A stretch of 64,000 nt of DNA from Gemmatimonadaceae bacterium (GTDB lineage Bacteria > Gemmatimonadota > Gemmatimonadetes > Gemmatimonadales > Gemmatimonadaceae): positions 1,437,722 through 1,501,721 of the forward strand of contig JBHYGA010000001.1 in NCBI GenBank assembly GCA_051859245.1, in the 5' to 3' direction. Below the pieces are notes generated by a model, which was given only the letters and a program-made list of their open reading frames with translations, was not told the origin of the DNA and did not search any database. Positions 50,009 to 59,546 of the stretch are shown here, piece after piece. Position 1 is the first letter of the stretch; each line of letters begins with the position of its first letter. Made by a program: the position numbers and the translations under genes.

Positions 50009-51313
50009 ATTTCCAAGGACACGATTTCCCTCGCGCTTCCGGTTGAAAAGGCGATCCTCGTTGGCGCGCCGCGCAAACGTGGTACCGATCGGTTGCACGT
50101 CGACGAGCACCTGGCTGAACTCGCGCGACTGGTCGACACCGCTGGCGCAGAAGTGGTGGGTCGACTCACGCAGATCATTGATACGCCGCACCCGGGCACT
50201 TATCTCGGCAAGGGCAAGATCGACGAGTTGACGATTCGCATTGGCGAGATCGGCGCCACGCTCATTGTGTTTGACGACGAGTTGTCGCCCGCGCAGGCGC
50301 GCAATATCGAGGTGGCCACGAATACGCGCGTCATGGATCGCGCCGAGCTTATTCTCGACATTTTCGCCACGCGTGCGCGATCCGCCGAAGCCAAGTTGCA
50401 GGTTGAACTCGCGCAGCTCGAGTACACGCTGCCGCGACTCACGCGCATGTGGACCCACCTTGATACCATGAAGGGTGGTATCGGTATGCGTGGTCCCGGC
50501 GAAACGCAGCTGGAGACTGACCGTCGACTGATTCAGCACCGCATCAAGGTGATCAAGGAGCGGCTGCTCGACGTGGAGCGCGCCCGCGAAGTGCAGCGTC
50601 AGCAACGAAAATCGCAATTCAAGGTGGCGCTGGTCGGCTATACGAATGCGGGCAAGTCGAGCATTCTTCGCGCGATGGCGAACGACCAGGAAGTGTTTGT
50701 GGAAGACCGACTGTTTGCCACGCTCGATCCGCTCACGCGCGAGATTGATGTGGGAGATGGGTACACGGTGTTGCTCACCGACACGGTCGGATTCATTCGC
50801 AAACTGCCTCACCATCTGGTTGCGTCATTTCGCGCCACGTTGGCAGAAGCGCGCGAAGCCGAACTACTGTTGCATGTGGTTGATGCGAGTCATCCGGCGT
50901 GGGAAGAACACCGCGACGTCGTAGACGACGTCCTCGCCGAGCTTGGGTTACAGGCGCGACCCACACGACTCGTATGCAACAAAATGGACTTGCTGCCCCC
51001 TGACGAACGCGAGGGCTTTCTTGAGCGGGTACACAATCTCGTGCCCGATGCACTGTTTGTGTCGGCGCACGAACCCGGTGGGCTCGAATCGCTTCGCGCC
51101 GAGCTCGTGTCGGCAATCCGCCGGCAGCGTCCAATCGTTGAAGTACGACTGGCGGCGCATCAGGGGGCGGTGCTGGCCACACTCCACCGGGATGGTGAAG
51201 TGTTGGACCAGAAGTCGGATGGCTCCGACATGCTGATCACCGTGCGCGTTGACGAAATCCTGGCTGGACGTTTGCGCCAGGCGGGCGTTGAATTGCAAAG
51301 CGCGGGTGGATAG
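50009..51313 (+). CDS. hflX: GTPase HflX, probable non-canonical ATT start
   Basis: EKAILVG N-terminal strand upstream of the called TTG; LILDIFA, GPGETQLETDRR, VGYTNAGKSS, LFATLD, DTVGFI, NKMD. Confidence 0.95.
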   Translation: MSKDTISLALPVEKAILVGAPRKRGTDRLHVDEHLAELARLVDTAGAEVVGRLTQIIDTPHPGTYLGKGKIDELTIRIGEIGATLIVFDDELSPAQARNIEVATNTRVMDRAELILDIFATRARSAEAKLQVELAQLEYTLPRLTRMWTHLDTMKGGIGMRGPGETQLETDRRLIQHRIKVIKERLLDVERAREVQRQQRKSQFKVALVGYTNAGKSSILRAMANDQEVFVEDRLFATLDPLTREIDVGDGYTVLLTDTVGFIRKLPHHLVASFRATLAEAREAELLLHVVDASHPAWEEHRDVVDDVLAELGLQARPTRLVCNKMDLLPPDEREGFLERVHNLVPDALFVSAHEPGGLESLRAELVSAIRRQRPIVEVRLAAHQGAVLATLHRDGEVLDQKSDGSDMLITVRVDEILAGRLRQAGVELQSAGG

Positions 51314-51333
51314 CCGAAGCATCCACCCGCGCT
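51299..51333. terminator. 13-bp perfect hairpin between convergent hflX and tRNA-Val
   Basis: AGCGCGGGTGGAT-N9-ATCCACCCGCGCT. Confidence 0.65.
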
Positions 51334-51352
51334 GGTCACTCAATACTCTATA

Positions 51353-51426
51353 TGGGCGTGCAGGGACTCGAACCCCGGACCTCTGCTGTGTGAAAGCAGC
51401 GCTCTAACCAGCTGAGCTACACGCCC
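51353..51426 (-). tRNA. tRNA-Val(CAC), CCA not encoded
   Basis: GGGCGTGTAGCTCAGCTGGTTAGAGCG-CTGCT-TTCACAC-AGCAG-AGGTC-CGGGGTTCGAGTCCCTG-CACGCCCA folds as a cloverleaf. Confidence 0.96.
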
Positions 51427-51477
51427 TTTTGCCGGGGAGGCCCGGCCGAACCGTAGAGTAAACGAGTGGGCGAACGT

Positions 51478-51512
51478 GCGCCAGTGGGCCAATGCATTCG
51501 GCCCGCTGGCGC
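51478..51512 (-). terminator. Hairpin downstream of the UPF0182 gene
   Basis: GCGCCAGTGGGCCAA ... TCGGCCCGCTGGCGC inverted repeat. Confidence 0.5.
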
Positions 51513-51527
51513 TTCACACATGCAGCC

Positions 51528-54257
51528 TTACGGTCGCGGAACCCGAGCACTTTCCATGCGGTCGAGCAGGGCGCCGAGGTTCTTGATTTCCTCCCCGTAG
51601 CGGGCCCAATCGCCTTCGCGCTGCGCGTCGATGGCGGCCTGATACGCGCGACGTGCCTCAACAACAATGGCCTGAACGCTCGCGTCTGGCGCGGTCGTCA
51701 CGGCGGGTGCCTCGGCGCCAACATCCACAACGGTTGGTGGCGCCACATCGCCGGACTGTCCGAACAGCGCGGCCAGCGCGGCGTCAAACGTTTCGCGCAT
51801 CACCACCTGATTTTCGTACGCCACAACCACGCGCTTCAGCTCGGGAATGCGACCGCCTTCGGCCTGCAGATAGATCGGTTGCACATACAGCAGCGAGGAC
51901 TCCACGGGGATCACAAGCAGATCACCCTTGATGACTTCAGAACCACGCTGGTCCCACAACGACACCTGACGCGAAATCTCAGTGTCCTGACTGATGCGAT
52001 TTTCAATCTGCCGCGGGCCATACACGAGGCTCTGCCGCGGGAACTGGTACACGCGCAGCTTACCGTAGTTGGCGCCGTCGTTACGTGCGACCATCCACGC
52101 CGCAAGATTGTCCTTGCCACGCGGCGTAAATGGCGCCATGTAAATAAACTCAGCGTCTTTCTCGTCGGGCAGGCGCATGATGATGTGGCGCATGAACGGC
52201 ACCGAGCCATCAGTGCGCTCCACCACCGGAATCTGCCACTGGTCTTCGCGGTTGTAGAACTCCTCGGGCGTATCCATGTGATACGTGGTGTACAACGCCG
52301 ATTGCAAACGGAACAGATCGTCCGGATATCGAACATGTGCGAACAGATCCTTCGGCATCGCCGAGATCGGCTTCACAACGCCCGGGAAAACCTTGTTCCA
52401 CGCTTGCAGAATCGGATCGTTGGGCAGCGCCGCATACGGCGTCATGCTGCCGTTGTATGCGTCAATCACAACTTTCACGCTATTGCGCATGTAGCTCGTG
52501 CCTTCGGGCGTGCGGAACGAGTACGGATACCGCGTTGTGGTGGTGAACGCGTCCTGAATCCAGTGCAGCGTGCCGTCGTCTGCGATCACGATGTAGGGAT
52601 CGCGATCGAAGGTGAGGAATGGCAACGCCTTTCGCACCCGCTCACCAATGGTGCGATTGTACAGAATCCGGCTCTCCGACGTGATGTCGCCCGACAGCAG
52701 AATCTTGCTTGAGCCAAAGTGCAGGGCGAGCAAGGAACGTCGCAGCAGACCGCCCACCGGAACGCCACCACTGCCGGTGTACGCGCGGAAGACATTCGCT
52801 TCACCCGACGGGTAGTCGAACTCCTTCTGGTTGGTATTCACGAACACGTGCGACGTGGTCAACTCGCCAAAATACATTTGCGGACGCGTCACCTTGAGCG
52901 ATCCTGTGGTACGCGGCGGCAGGTCTTGCACGAACAGCACGGGCAAACCTTCAGCCGTGACTTCATTGACCGGGCTCATGGTGAGCCCCATGCCGTGCGT
53001 GAACGTGAGATGCTCGTTGATGAACGTGCGCGTTGGCAGCGATGATGCGTTCAGTTCGCGGGGAGACAACAGCACCTGGCGATACTTGCCATCAATCCAG
53101 TACCGGTCGTCGTCGACTGAAACAAAGTCGTAGTACGTGCGGATTTCCTGCAGCTGCTTGAAGGTGCGCAGCAATGGCGCTCGATCCCACAGCCGCACAT
53201 TTTCAAACGTCGGGCCGTTGTTGGCAATATCCGCAGACGTCAGTCGCGCTTCGCTCGTGAGATCGCGCACTTCAACGCTGTCGAGCGACCAGGCTTTGCG
53301 TGTGGCGTCGATGTGCGCCGTCAGGTACGGCGATTCTTTGGTGAGCTCCGTTGGTGCAACCACGAACTTCTGCACCAGACTCGGCACAATTCCGCGACCA
53401 AGAACGCCAACCACTGCGTAACTGCCAACGGCGAGGAACGCGTACCATCCAAGCTGCTTGCGCAGCGCACCGATGGTCACCAGCACCAAACCAATCAGTG
53501 CGACGATGGCGGAAAGCCGGATCGCCGGTAACGACGCTTTCAGATCGGCATAACTCGCACCAACGAGCGGGCCCGTTGAGGAGTAGAGCAGCTGCGCGCT
53601 GTCCACAAACCAGAGCTCAACCGCCGAAAGTAAAAACCACACGCCAAGCAGCACGCCAAGATGGCGGCCGGCCGTGGGCTCAATGCGCAAACCACGCGCC
53701 AGCAGCACGATGTCGCCGCGAAAGAAGTACACGGGCACGAGCATGATCAGCGTGAGCGTGACCAGGCTGCGCAACACGCCCAGCGCACCGGAAAGGGCGG
53801 GCAGTGTAAACACGTACCACCCGATATCACGCGCGAAGACGGGATCCGACGTGCCAAACGACGTCCGGCTGAAGAACAGCAGCAGCGTATCCCAGAACGC
53901 GGTGGCGCCGAGCGCGATCATGAGGCTCAGCACGATCACCACGGGTCGGGTAAACTTGCGAAGCATGCCCGTCAGGTCGACGGTCTGCATCGCGTCGCCA
54001 ATACGCACCAGAACCGGCTCCGGCACCGCCCCGCGTTGGGCGAACGAGAGATTGCCCGCAAAAAACAACGACGCGACCGTACCAACGGCCGTGAACAACG
54101 CCAACTTGGTGAAGAGCGTTTTAGTGAAGACGGTGGTGAATCCAACTTCCTGAAACCACCAGAAGTCGATCAGCAGCCGGCTCAGCGTGGGCAACAGAAA
54201 AATCGCGAGTGGAACCGCGAGTAACAACAGAATGCGTGGGAACTTGGCGCTCGGCAC
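51528..54257 (-). CDS. UPF0182 family membrane protein
   Basis: DFWWFQEVGF..VF, DPVFARDIGWYVF.LP, NVRLWD, QEIRTYYDF..VDDDRY, THG, YMRNSVKVVIDAYNG, LLYVQPIYLQA. Confidence 0.93.
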   Translation of the reverse strand: MPSAKFPRILLLLAVPLAIFLLPTLSRLLIDFWWFQEVGFTTVFTKTLFTKLALFTAVGTVASLFFAGNLSFAQRGAVPEPVLVRIGDAMQTVDLTGMLRKFTRPVVIVLSLMIALGATAFWDTLLLFFSRTSFGTSDPVFARDIGWYVFTLPALSGALGVLRSLVTLTLIMLVPVYFFRGDIVLLARGLRIEPTAGRHLGVLLGVWFLLSAVELWFVDSAQLLYSSTGPLVGASYADLKASLPAIRLSAIVALIGLVLVTIGALRKQLGWYAFLAVGSYAVVGVLGRGIVPSLVQKFVVAPTELTKESPYLTAHIDATRKAWSLDSVEVRDLTSEARLTSADIANNGPTFENVRLWDRAPLLRTFKQLQEIRTYYDFVSVDDDRYWIDGKYRQVLLSPRELNASSLPTRTFINEHLTFTHGMGLTMSPVNEVTAEGLPVLFVQDLPPRTTGSLKVTRPQMYFGELTTSHVFVNTNQKEFDYPSGEANVFRAYTGSGGVPVGGLLRRSLLALHFGSSKILLSGDITSESRILYNRTIGERVRKALPFLTFDRDPYIVIADDGTLHWIQDAFTTTTRYPYSFRTPEGTSYMRNSVKVVIDAYNGSMTPYAALPNDPILQAWNKVFPGVVKPISAMPKDLFAHVRYPDDLFRLQSALYTTYHMDTPEEFYNREDQWQIPVVERTDGSVPFMRHIIMRLPDEKDAEFIYMAPFTPRGKDNLAAWMVARNDGANYGKLRVYQFPRQSLVYGPRQIENRISQDTEISRQVSLWDQRGSEVIKGDLLVIPVESSLLYVQPIYLQAEGGRIPELKRVVVAYENQVVMRETFDAALAALFGQSGDVAPPTVVDVGAEAPAVTTAPDASVQAIVVEARRAYQAAIDAQREGDWARYGEEIKNLGALLDRMESARVPRP

Positions 54258-54411
54258 GTCAGACCTCGACAGGACTATTGAGAAGCGGATAGATCCGGTC
54301 CCTCACCAGGAGCAGCGACCTGTAGCAAGTTAATCCGTTGCACGGCAGCGGAGTCGCTGTTTCGCCGATTCGCATGGCATCCGTAATGCTGTTTCCTCTC
54401 CCAACACGCCC

Positions 54412-55335
54412 ATGAACTCCTCAGCTCGTACGTATCTTGTCTCGGCGCTCGCCACACGTTGTACGTACGCCATCATCGCGGTGCTCCTCGCGAGCGCGGT
54501 GGCGCTCACCCCGGTAAAGGCCCAGCGTGGAGCGCTCTATATTGTGGGCGGCGGTCCACAAACGCCGGCTATGGTTGAAGAGTTTGTCGCGCTTGCCGGT
54601 GGCGCCGGAAAGGCGCGGATTGTGGTCATGGCGATGGCCTCGGCGAGCGGCGAACGCAGCGGCGAAGCCAAAGCGAACGACCTGCGAAAGCTAGGCGCCA
54701 CGGCACAGAACGTGTGGCTCACGCGTGAGCAGGCGAATCTCGACAGCGTGGTTCGCCTGCTTGATGGTGCAACCGGCGTGTGGTTCGGTGGTGGCGATCA
54801 GAATCGGCTCGCCAACGTTCTTCGAGGCACGGCTGTGGAGCGCGCGATCAAAGCACGCCACGCGGCCGGTGCGGTGGTGGGCGGTACAAGCGCCGGTGCG
54901 GCGGTGCTTTCAGCGCGAATGATTACCGGCAGTGAGCGGAAACTCGGCGGCGATCGTCCGCCCAGTGACAGCAGCGAAGCGTACATCACCATTGATCGGA
55001 ACAACGTGATCACAAGCGACGGTTTTGCGCTGGTCGATAACGCCGTGATCGATCAACACTTCGTGCGTCGCAAACGACACAATCGCCTCATGAGCCTTGT
55101 GCTTGAAGCGCCGCCGCATCTCGGCGTGGGGATTGATGAGTCGACCGCGCTGGTCATCGAAGGCAACGGCACGTGGCGCGTATCGGGGCGCAGCGTCGTG
55201 GTGATTTACGACGCGCGTTCGGCCGAAAAAACCACCAATGACGCGAAAGTACTCGGCGCCTCAGGAGTGACGATGCACGTGTTGCCCGCGGGTGCTACCT
55301 TCGATCCGAACACGCGAGCCGTAAAGCTGCCGTAG
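54412..55335 (+). CDS. Cyanophycinase (peptidase S51) with signal peptide
   Basis: LYIVGGG, WFGGGDQ, GGTSAGA (catalytic Ser), IDQHF..R.R..RL, GIDEST; N-terminal hydrophobic stretch ending VKA. Confidence 0.88.
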   Translation: MNSSARTYLVSALATRCTYAIIAVLLASAVALTPVKAQRGALYIVGGGPQTPAMVEEFVALAGGAGKARIVVMAMASASGERSGEAKANDLRKLGATAQNVWLTREQANLDSVVRLLDGATGVWFGGGDQNRLANVLRGTAVERAIKARHAAGAVVGGTSAGAAVLSARMITGSERKLGGDRPPSDSSEAYITIDRNNVITSDGFALVDNAVIDQHFVRRKRHNRLMSLVLEAPPHLGVGIDESTALVIEGNGTWRVSGRSVVVIYDARSAEKTTNDAKVLGASGVTMHVLPAGATFDPNTRAVKLP

Positions 55336-55357
55336 CTCGTGCAGGCGAGGGGCGACT

Positions 55358-56638
55358 CTACAACGAGTCGCCCACCTCGCGCGCTGCGAAAATCGCGGCT
55401 GTGTTGTGTCCGCCAAATCCAAAGGCGTTGCTCAACGCGACAAGCACGGAGCGCTGCTCCGCCACATTGGCCGCCACGCGCACGTTGCACGCCGGATCCA
55501 CATTCTGCAGGTTGATCACGGGCGGCACCACGTTGTCCACGATACTGAGAATCGAGAACAGCGCTTCGACCGCGCCTGCCGCACCGAGCATGTGGCCCGT
55601 CATGCTCTTCGTCGCGGTAGACGTTGCAACGTCTGCGTGATCACCAAACACCGCGCGTACCGCACTGCACTCCGCCACGTCGCCAAGTCCGGTGCTCGTG
55701 GCGTGCATGTTGATGGTATCAACATCGGTCGGCGAAATGCGCGCTTCTGCGAACGCGCCTTCCATGGCGAGTCGCGCGCCGATCCCTTCTGGATGTGGCG
55801 CCGTGAGATGATGCGCGTCGCACGCCGCACCTACGGCGAGCACTTCAGCGTAGATCGTTGCCCCGCGTGACTCCGCGGATTCCAACGACTCGAGCACGAG
55901 CACGCCCGCACCTTCGCCGAGCACAAAGCCGTCGCGATCTACATCAAACGGACGGCTAGCGCGCGTTGGTTCATCATTGCGCGTTGACAGCGCACGCGCG
56001 GCGCCGAATCCGCCAACACCGAGCGGCGTCACGGCACACTCGGCACCGCCCGCGAGAATGATGTCAGCGCGATTCGCACGGATCGAGTCGAGTGCGCTCA
56101 TGATGCAATCGTTCCCTGTGGCACACGCCGAGACAACCGCGTGATTGGGTCCGCGAAGGCCGTGCTGCATGGCCACCCACGCTCCAGCAATGTCGGGGAT
56201 GATCATCGGCACGAAAAACGGCGACAGGCGACCGGGTCCGCTGGTGTGCCATGTGACGGCCTGGTTCTGGAAAGTTTCCATGCCGCCTTGTCCGCTGCCA
56301 ATGATCACGCCGATGCGTGCGCGCTGCGCATCGGTGAGCGTACTCGTGTCGAGACCGGCGTGCGCGATCGCTTCGTTCGCGGCAGCAACTGCGTAGTGCG
56401 CGTACACGTCCATGCGCTTTGCCAGTTTGCGATCGACATAGTTCAGCGCGTCGAAGCCCTTGAGCTCGCAGGCAAAGCGCGTGGTCTGGTCGGATGCATC
56501 AAATCGAGTGATGGGCGCGGCACCGCTCACGCCGCGCAAGGCTGCCTCCCACGTGGACGCAGCGGAGAGACCGAGCGGCGTCACCGCGCCGTAACCAGTT
56601 ACCACTACGCGGCGCGTAGTATGTCGCGATGAAGACAT
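55358..56638 (-). CDS. fabF: Beta-ketoacyl-ACP synthase II
   Basis: RRVVVTG, SACATG, SRPFD.DRDGFVLGEGAG, HATST, KSMTGHMLGAAG, SNAFGFGGHN. Confidence 0.95.
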   Translation of the reverse strand: MSSSRHTTRRVVVTGYGAVTPLGLSAASTWEAALRGVSGAAPITRFDASDQTTRFACELKGFDALNYVDRKLAKRMDVYAHYAVAAANEAIAHAGLDTSTLTDAQRARIGVIIGSGQGGMETFQNQAVTWHTSGPGRLSPFFVPMIIPDIAGAWVAMQHGLRGPNHAVVSACATGNDCIMSALDSIRANRADIILAGGAECAVTPLGVGGFGAARALSTRNDEPTRASRPFDVDRDGFVLGEGAGVLVLESLESAESRGATIYAEVLAVGAACDAHHLTAPHPEGIGARLAMEGAFAEARISPTDVDTINMHATSTGLGDVAECSAVRAVFGDHADVATSTATKSMTGHMLGAAGAVEALFSILSIVDNVVPPVINLQNVDPACNVRVAANVAEQRSVLVALSNAFGFGGHNTAAIFAAREVGDSL

Positions 56639-56713
56639 GCGCAAACGCTGAAGAACACTGAGACGCGCGGCGAGTAGGGCCGCCAAATGACGTCCGCTGT
56701 GCCGCACTGCGAA

Positions 56714-56787
56714 TGGGGGCGGTGGGGCTCGAACCCACGCCTTCCAGTTTATGAGACCGGCGCTCTAACCACCTGAGCTACACCCCC
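56714..56787 (-). tRNA. tRNA with CAT anticodon (Ile2 or elongator Met), CCA not encoded
   Basis: GGGGGTGTAGCTCAGGTGGTTAGAGCG-CCGGT-CTCATAA-ACTGG-AAGGC-GTGGGTTCGAGCCCCAC-CGCCCCCA; lacks initiator features. Confidence 0.93.
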
Positions 56788-56874
56788 GGAATGGCCGTGG
56801 CCACTCACGTGCACAACATACTCGCGGCGCCCGGTGAGTTCCATAAGAACGAACAGCACCCGACGCCCGGTTTC

Positions 56875-57552
56875 CTAACGATTCAACGGCAAGCTCAGCA
56901 TCACCGATTGGCCACGGCTGCGCGCTTCAGACCCGTCGTTCGGCAGTTGGCTGAGCCCTTCGTGATGCCTGAGCACGAGCGCGATTCCGCTGAAGCGCGC
57001 GCTGGCCAGCCGAAGCCCAAGCACTGCCGACGCTTCATACCGTTTCGTGCTCAACGTGCCCGCGGGCCGCGAGGTCGCGCGATCAAAGATCACGCTTTCG
57101 CGAAGATAGCCAAGCGAAGCACCCGCGTCGAGCGAGGGACAGACACTCACAACGCAGCGCCCAACGGCCGTCACGCCCAGAGTGCCATCCCAGTACCGAC
57201 TGCGCAGCTCAAGATCCTCATTCCCGCTCGAGACCGTGGCACCGCGTCGGGCGGTCCCAAGCTCGACAAATCCAACCATTGGGCCGGCGATGATGCGACT
57301 CACGCGCAAGTTCGACGGGAAGCCGCGGCTTCGTCCGAACTCGTCCGTGTCATCAGACGGAGAGACATCCACGATCGTGGAGAAGGCGATGCCGGTCTGC
57401 AGATAAAAACGCCAACCTTCTGGCAGCGGGTTAAATGATTGCGCGCTCGCGGTTGATGGTGCAGTCGCCGAGGCAATCAGCAATGCAGCGCACGCAGTGC
57501 GGAGTGTGCGCGCAAGCACGAGAGGTGTTCGCCAGCTGAGTGAATCGTGCAA
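56875..57552 (-). CDS. Exported hypothetical protein, possible small outer-membrane beta-barrel
   Basis: Signal-peptide-like start ending ASA-Q; alternating beta-strand pattern; start uncertain. Confidence 0.55.
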   Translation of the reverse strand: MHDSLSWRTPLVLARTLRTACAALLIASATAPSTASAQSFNPLPEGWRFYLQTGIAFSTIVDVSPSDDTDEFGRSRGFPSNLRVSRIIAGPMVGFVELGTARRGATVSSGNEDLELRSRYWDGTLGVTAVGRCVVSVCPSLDAGASLGYLRESVIFDRATSRPAGTLSTKRYEASAVLGLRLASARFSGIALVLRHHEGLSQLPNDGSEARSRGQSVMLSLPLNR

Positions 57553-57567
57553 ACCTTCGCTCCAGTG

Positions 57568-58590
57568 TCAGGTATGAATGCCGTGGTGTGCATCATAGGC
57601 GGCGAGCACCTCGTCGGCGGAAACCGTCGCAGCCCCAAGCTTTCCTACCTCCACACCGGCTGCATAGTTCGCCACGATGGCGGCTTCAATCGCCGATGCG
57701 CCGGCGCCGAGTGTCGCGGCCAGGTAGGCGGTCACCGTGTCGCCCGCGCCGACTACATCATACACCTCGCGCGCGGTCGTCGGCACGCGATGCACGGTGC
57801 CACTGGCATCCACCAATGCCATACCGCGTTCGCCGAGTGTCAGCAACAAGTACTCAACACCAAGTCGCGAAAACGTGGCCGGCAACGCTTCCGGATGCTC
57901 CAGATCAACCGCCGCGCCGAGTGCACTCTCCAGTTCACGACGGTTCGGTTTGAACACCGTCGCGCCGCGATACGCGAAGAAGTTGCGGTACTTCGGATCA
58001 ACAATGATCGGAATGCCTTTCGCGCGTGCGAGTGCAACCGCACCCTCGATCACCGCCGGCACCAGCACACCCTTGTTGTAATCTTCAAATACGAGCGCGG
58101 TGGCATCCGCAATCACGGTCTCGATCGCCGCGAGCACAGCCTTCACTTCGGCGGCCGACAAATCGGCGTCTTCTTCTTCGTCAAAGCGGACGAGCTGCTG
58201 CGCGCGCGCCATGACGCGCGTTTTTGTTGTGGTGGGACGGTCGGCCATGACTAACGCACGCGAGTTCATGCCGCCGTCCGTCAACATGTCGCGAAGGGTG
58301 CGTCCGGCGCTGTCGTCGCCAACGACCGCCACGAGATCACAGCCAGCGCCGAGCGCCGACACGTTCTGGGCCACATTGGCGGCGCCGCCGAGCGCCTGAC
58401 GCCGCTCACGGACGCGGACCACGGGAACGGGTGCTTCGGGCGAGATGCGATCCACATCGCCGCGCAAATAGAGGTCGAGCATCGCGTCACCCACAATGCA
58501 GACGTGCTGGGTAGCGGCTGCTTCGAGCAACGCCACGAGGCGGTCGCGCGCGATGAGCGGCGTGGAAACGGAGAGCTGCGCTGTGTTCAT
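57568..58590 (-). CDS. D-glycero-beta-D-manno-heptose-7-phosphate kinase (RfaE domain I, PfkB family)
   Basis: VGDAMLDLY..G.VDRISPEAPVPV, LGGAANVA, TTTKTR, DYNKG, VDPK, KPNRRE, VYDVVGAGDTV. Confidence 0.93.
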   Translation of the reverse strand: MNTAQLSVSTPLIARDRLVALLEAAATQHVCIVGDAMLDLYLRGDVDRISPEAPVPVVRVRERRQALGGAANVAQNVSALGAGCDLVAVVGDDSAGRTLRDMLTDGGMNSRALVMADRPTTTKTRVMARAQQLVRFDEEEDADLSAAEVKAVLAAIETVIADATALVFEDYNKGVLVPAVIEGAVALARAKGIPIIVDPKYRNFFAYRGATVFKPNRRELESALGAAVDLEHPEALPATFSRLGVEYLLLTLGERGMALVDASGTVHRVPTTAREVYDVVGAGDTVTAYLAATLGAGASAIEAAIVANYAAGVEVGKLGAATVSADEVLAAYDAHHGIHT

Positions 58591-58638
58591 GGAGAGCAAA
58601 GGTAGCGCCGCTGCAGCCGCGCGCGCATCATCCCCGGC

Positions 58639-59517
58639 GTGCAATCTCCGTCGCCGCTCCTTGTGCTCATTGGTGCCCTGCTGGGCATCTCGATCGCTGC
58701 GCCACTGATCCGGCTCAGCGACGCGCACCCCATCGCGATTGCGACGTGGCGACTGGCCATTGCGCTGGTGCCGCTCAGTTATCTCGCCTGGCGCAACAAC
58801 AGCTGGCGCGCGTGGCGAACGCTTGATGGCAAGCTGATGGCGGCCGCGCTTGGCGCCGGTGTGCTGCTGGCGCTTCACTTCTGGAGCTGGAACGCGTCGC
58901 TGCGCTACACGAGTGTGGCGGCGTCGGTGACGCTGGTCAATCTGCAGCCAATCATCATCGCCGTATTCTCAGCAAAGTTCCTGGGGGAGCAGCCGTCGCG
59001 CCGCCAGTGGCTTGGTATTCTGGTGGCCATGGCCGGTGCCATTGCCCTCGCCTGGGTGGACGCGCCAGCCGATGCCACCGGTGGCAGCAACGCGCTGCTC
59101 GGCGACGCATTGGCCGTGATCGGTGCGATCACGGCCGCCGGATATTATCTGCTCGGTCGCACCGTTCGACGCGTGCTCGATACCTGGGGCTATGTCGTGC
59201 TGGCGTACGGCGCAGCGCTGGTCACGCTGCTCCTCCTGTCCGTGCCCGCTGGCGCTCCCCTGTGGCCGCAGCCTCCCATGGAATGGGGAATCTTTGCCGG
59301 TCTTGCCGTGGGGCCCATGCTGCTCGGCCACACGGGGATGAACTGGGCGCTGGGGCGCCTGCCCGCGTACATCGTCAATCTCACCGTGCTCGGAGAGCCC
59401 GTGGGCGCCACGCTGCTAGCCGCGCTGCTGCCGTTCATTGGCGAGATCCCCGGGGTGGGGACGATCCTCTGCGGCGCCGTGGTCTTGCTGGGCGTGGTGA
59501 TCGCCGCGAGACGATAG
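58639..59517 (+). CDS. DMT/EamA family transporter
   Basis: About 10 TM segments; ALHFWSW..SL.YTSVA, GDALA, GHT..NWAL, LGEPVGA. Confidence 0.9.
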   Translation: MQSPSPLLVLIGALLGISIAAPLIRLSDAHPIAIATWRLAIALVPLSYLAWRNNSWRAWRTLDGKLMAAALGAGVLLALHFWSWNASLRYTSVAASVTLVNLQPIIIAVFSAKFLGEQPSRRQWLGILVAMAGAIALAWVDAPADATGGSNALLGDALAVIGAITAAGYYLLGRTVRRVLDTWGYVVLAYGAALVTLLLLSVPAGAPLWPQPPMEWGIFAGLAVGPMLLGHTGMNWALGRLPAYIVNLTVLGEPVGATLLAALLPFIGEIPGVGTILCGAVVLLGVVIAARR

Positions 59518-59546
59518 TTGGGGGGAGGCGGTTACCTTACAGGCCT

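Noticed and set aside
49475..51313. LEA-HflX readthrough fusion (same frame, single TAA between them)
   Set aside because: LEA is an exported lipoprotein and HflX is cytoplasmic; TAA is rarely read through, and a separate SD precedes hflX
51353..56787. Genomic island between the two tRNAs
   Set aside because: No integrase, no duplicated tRNA 3' end seen, ordinary composition and housekeeping-type genes
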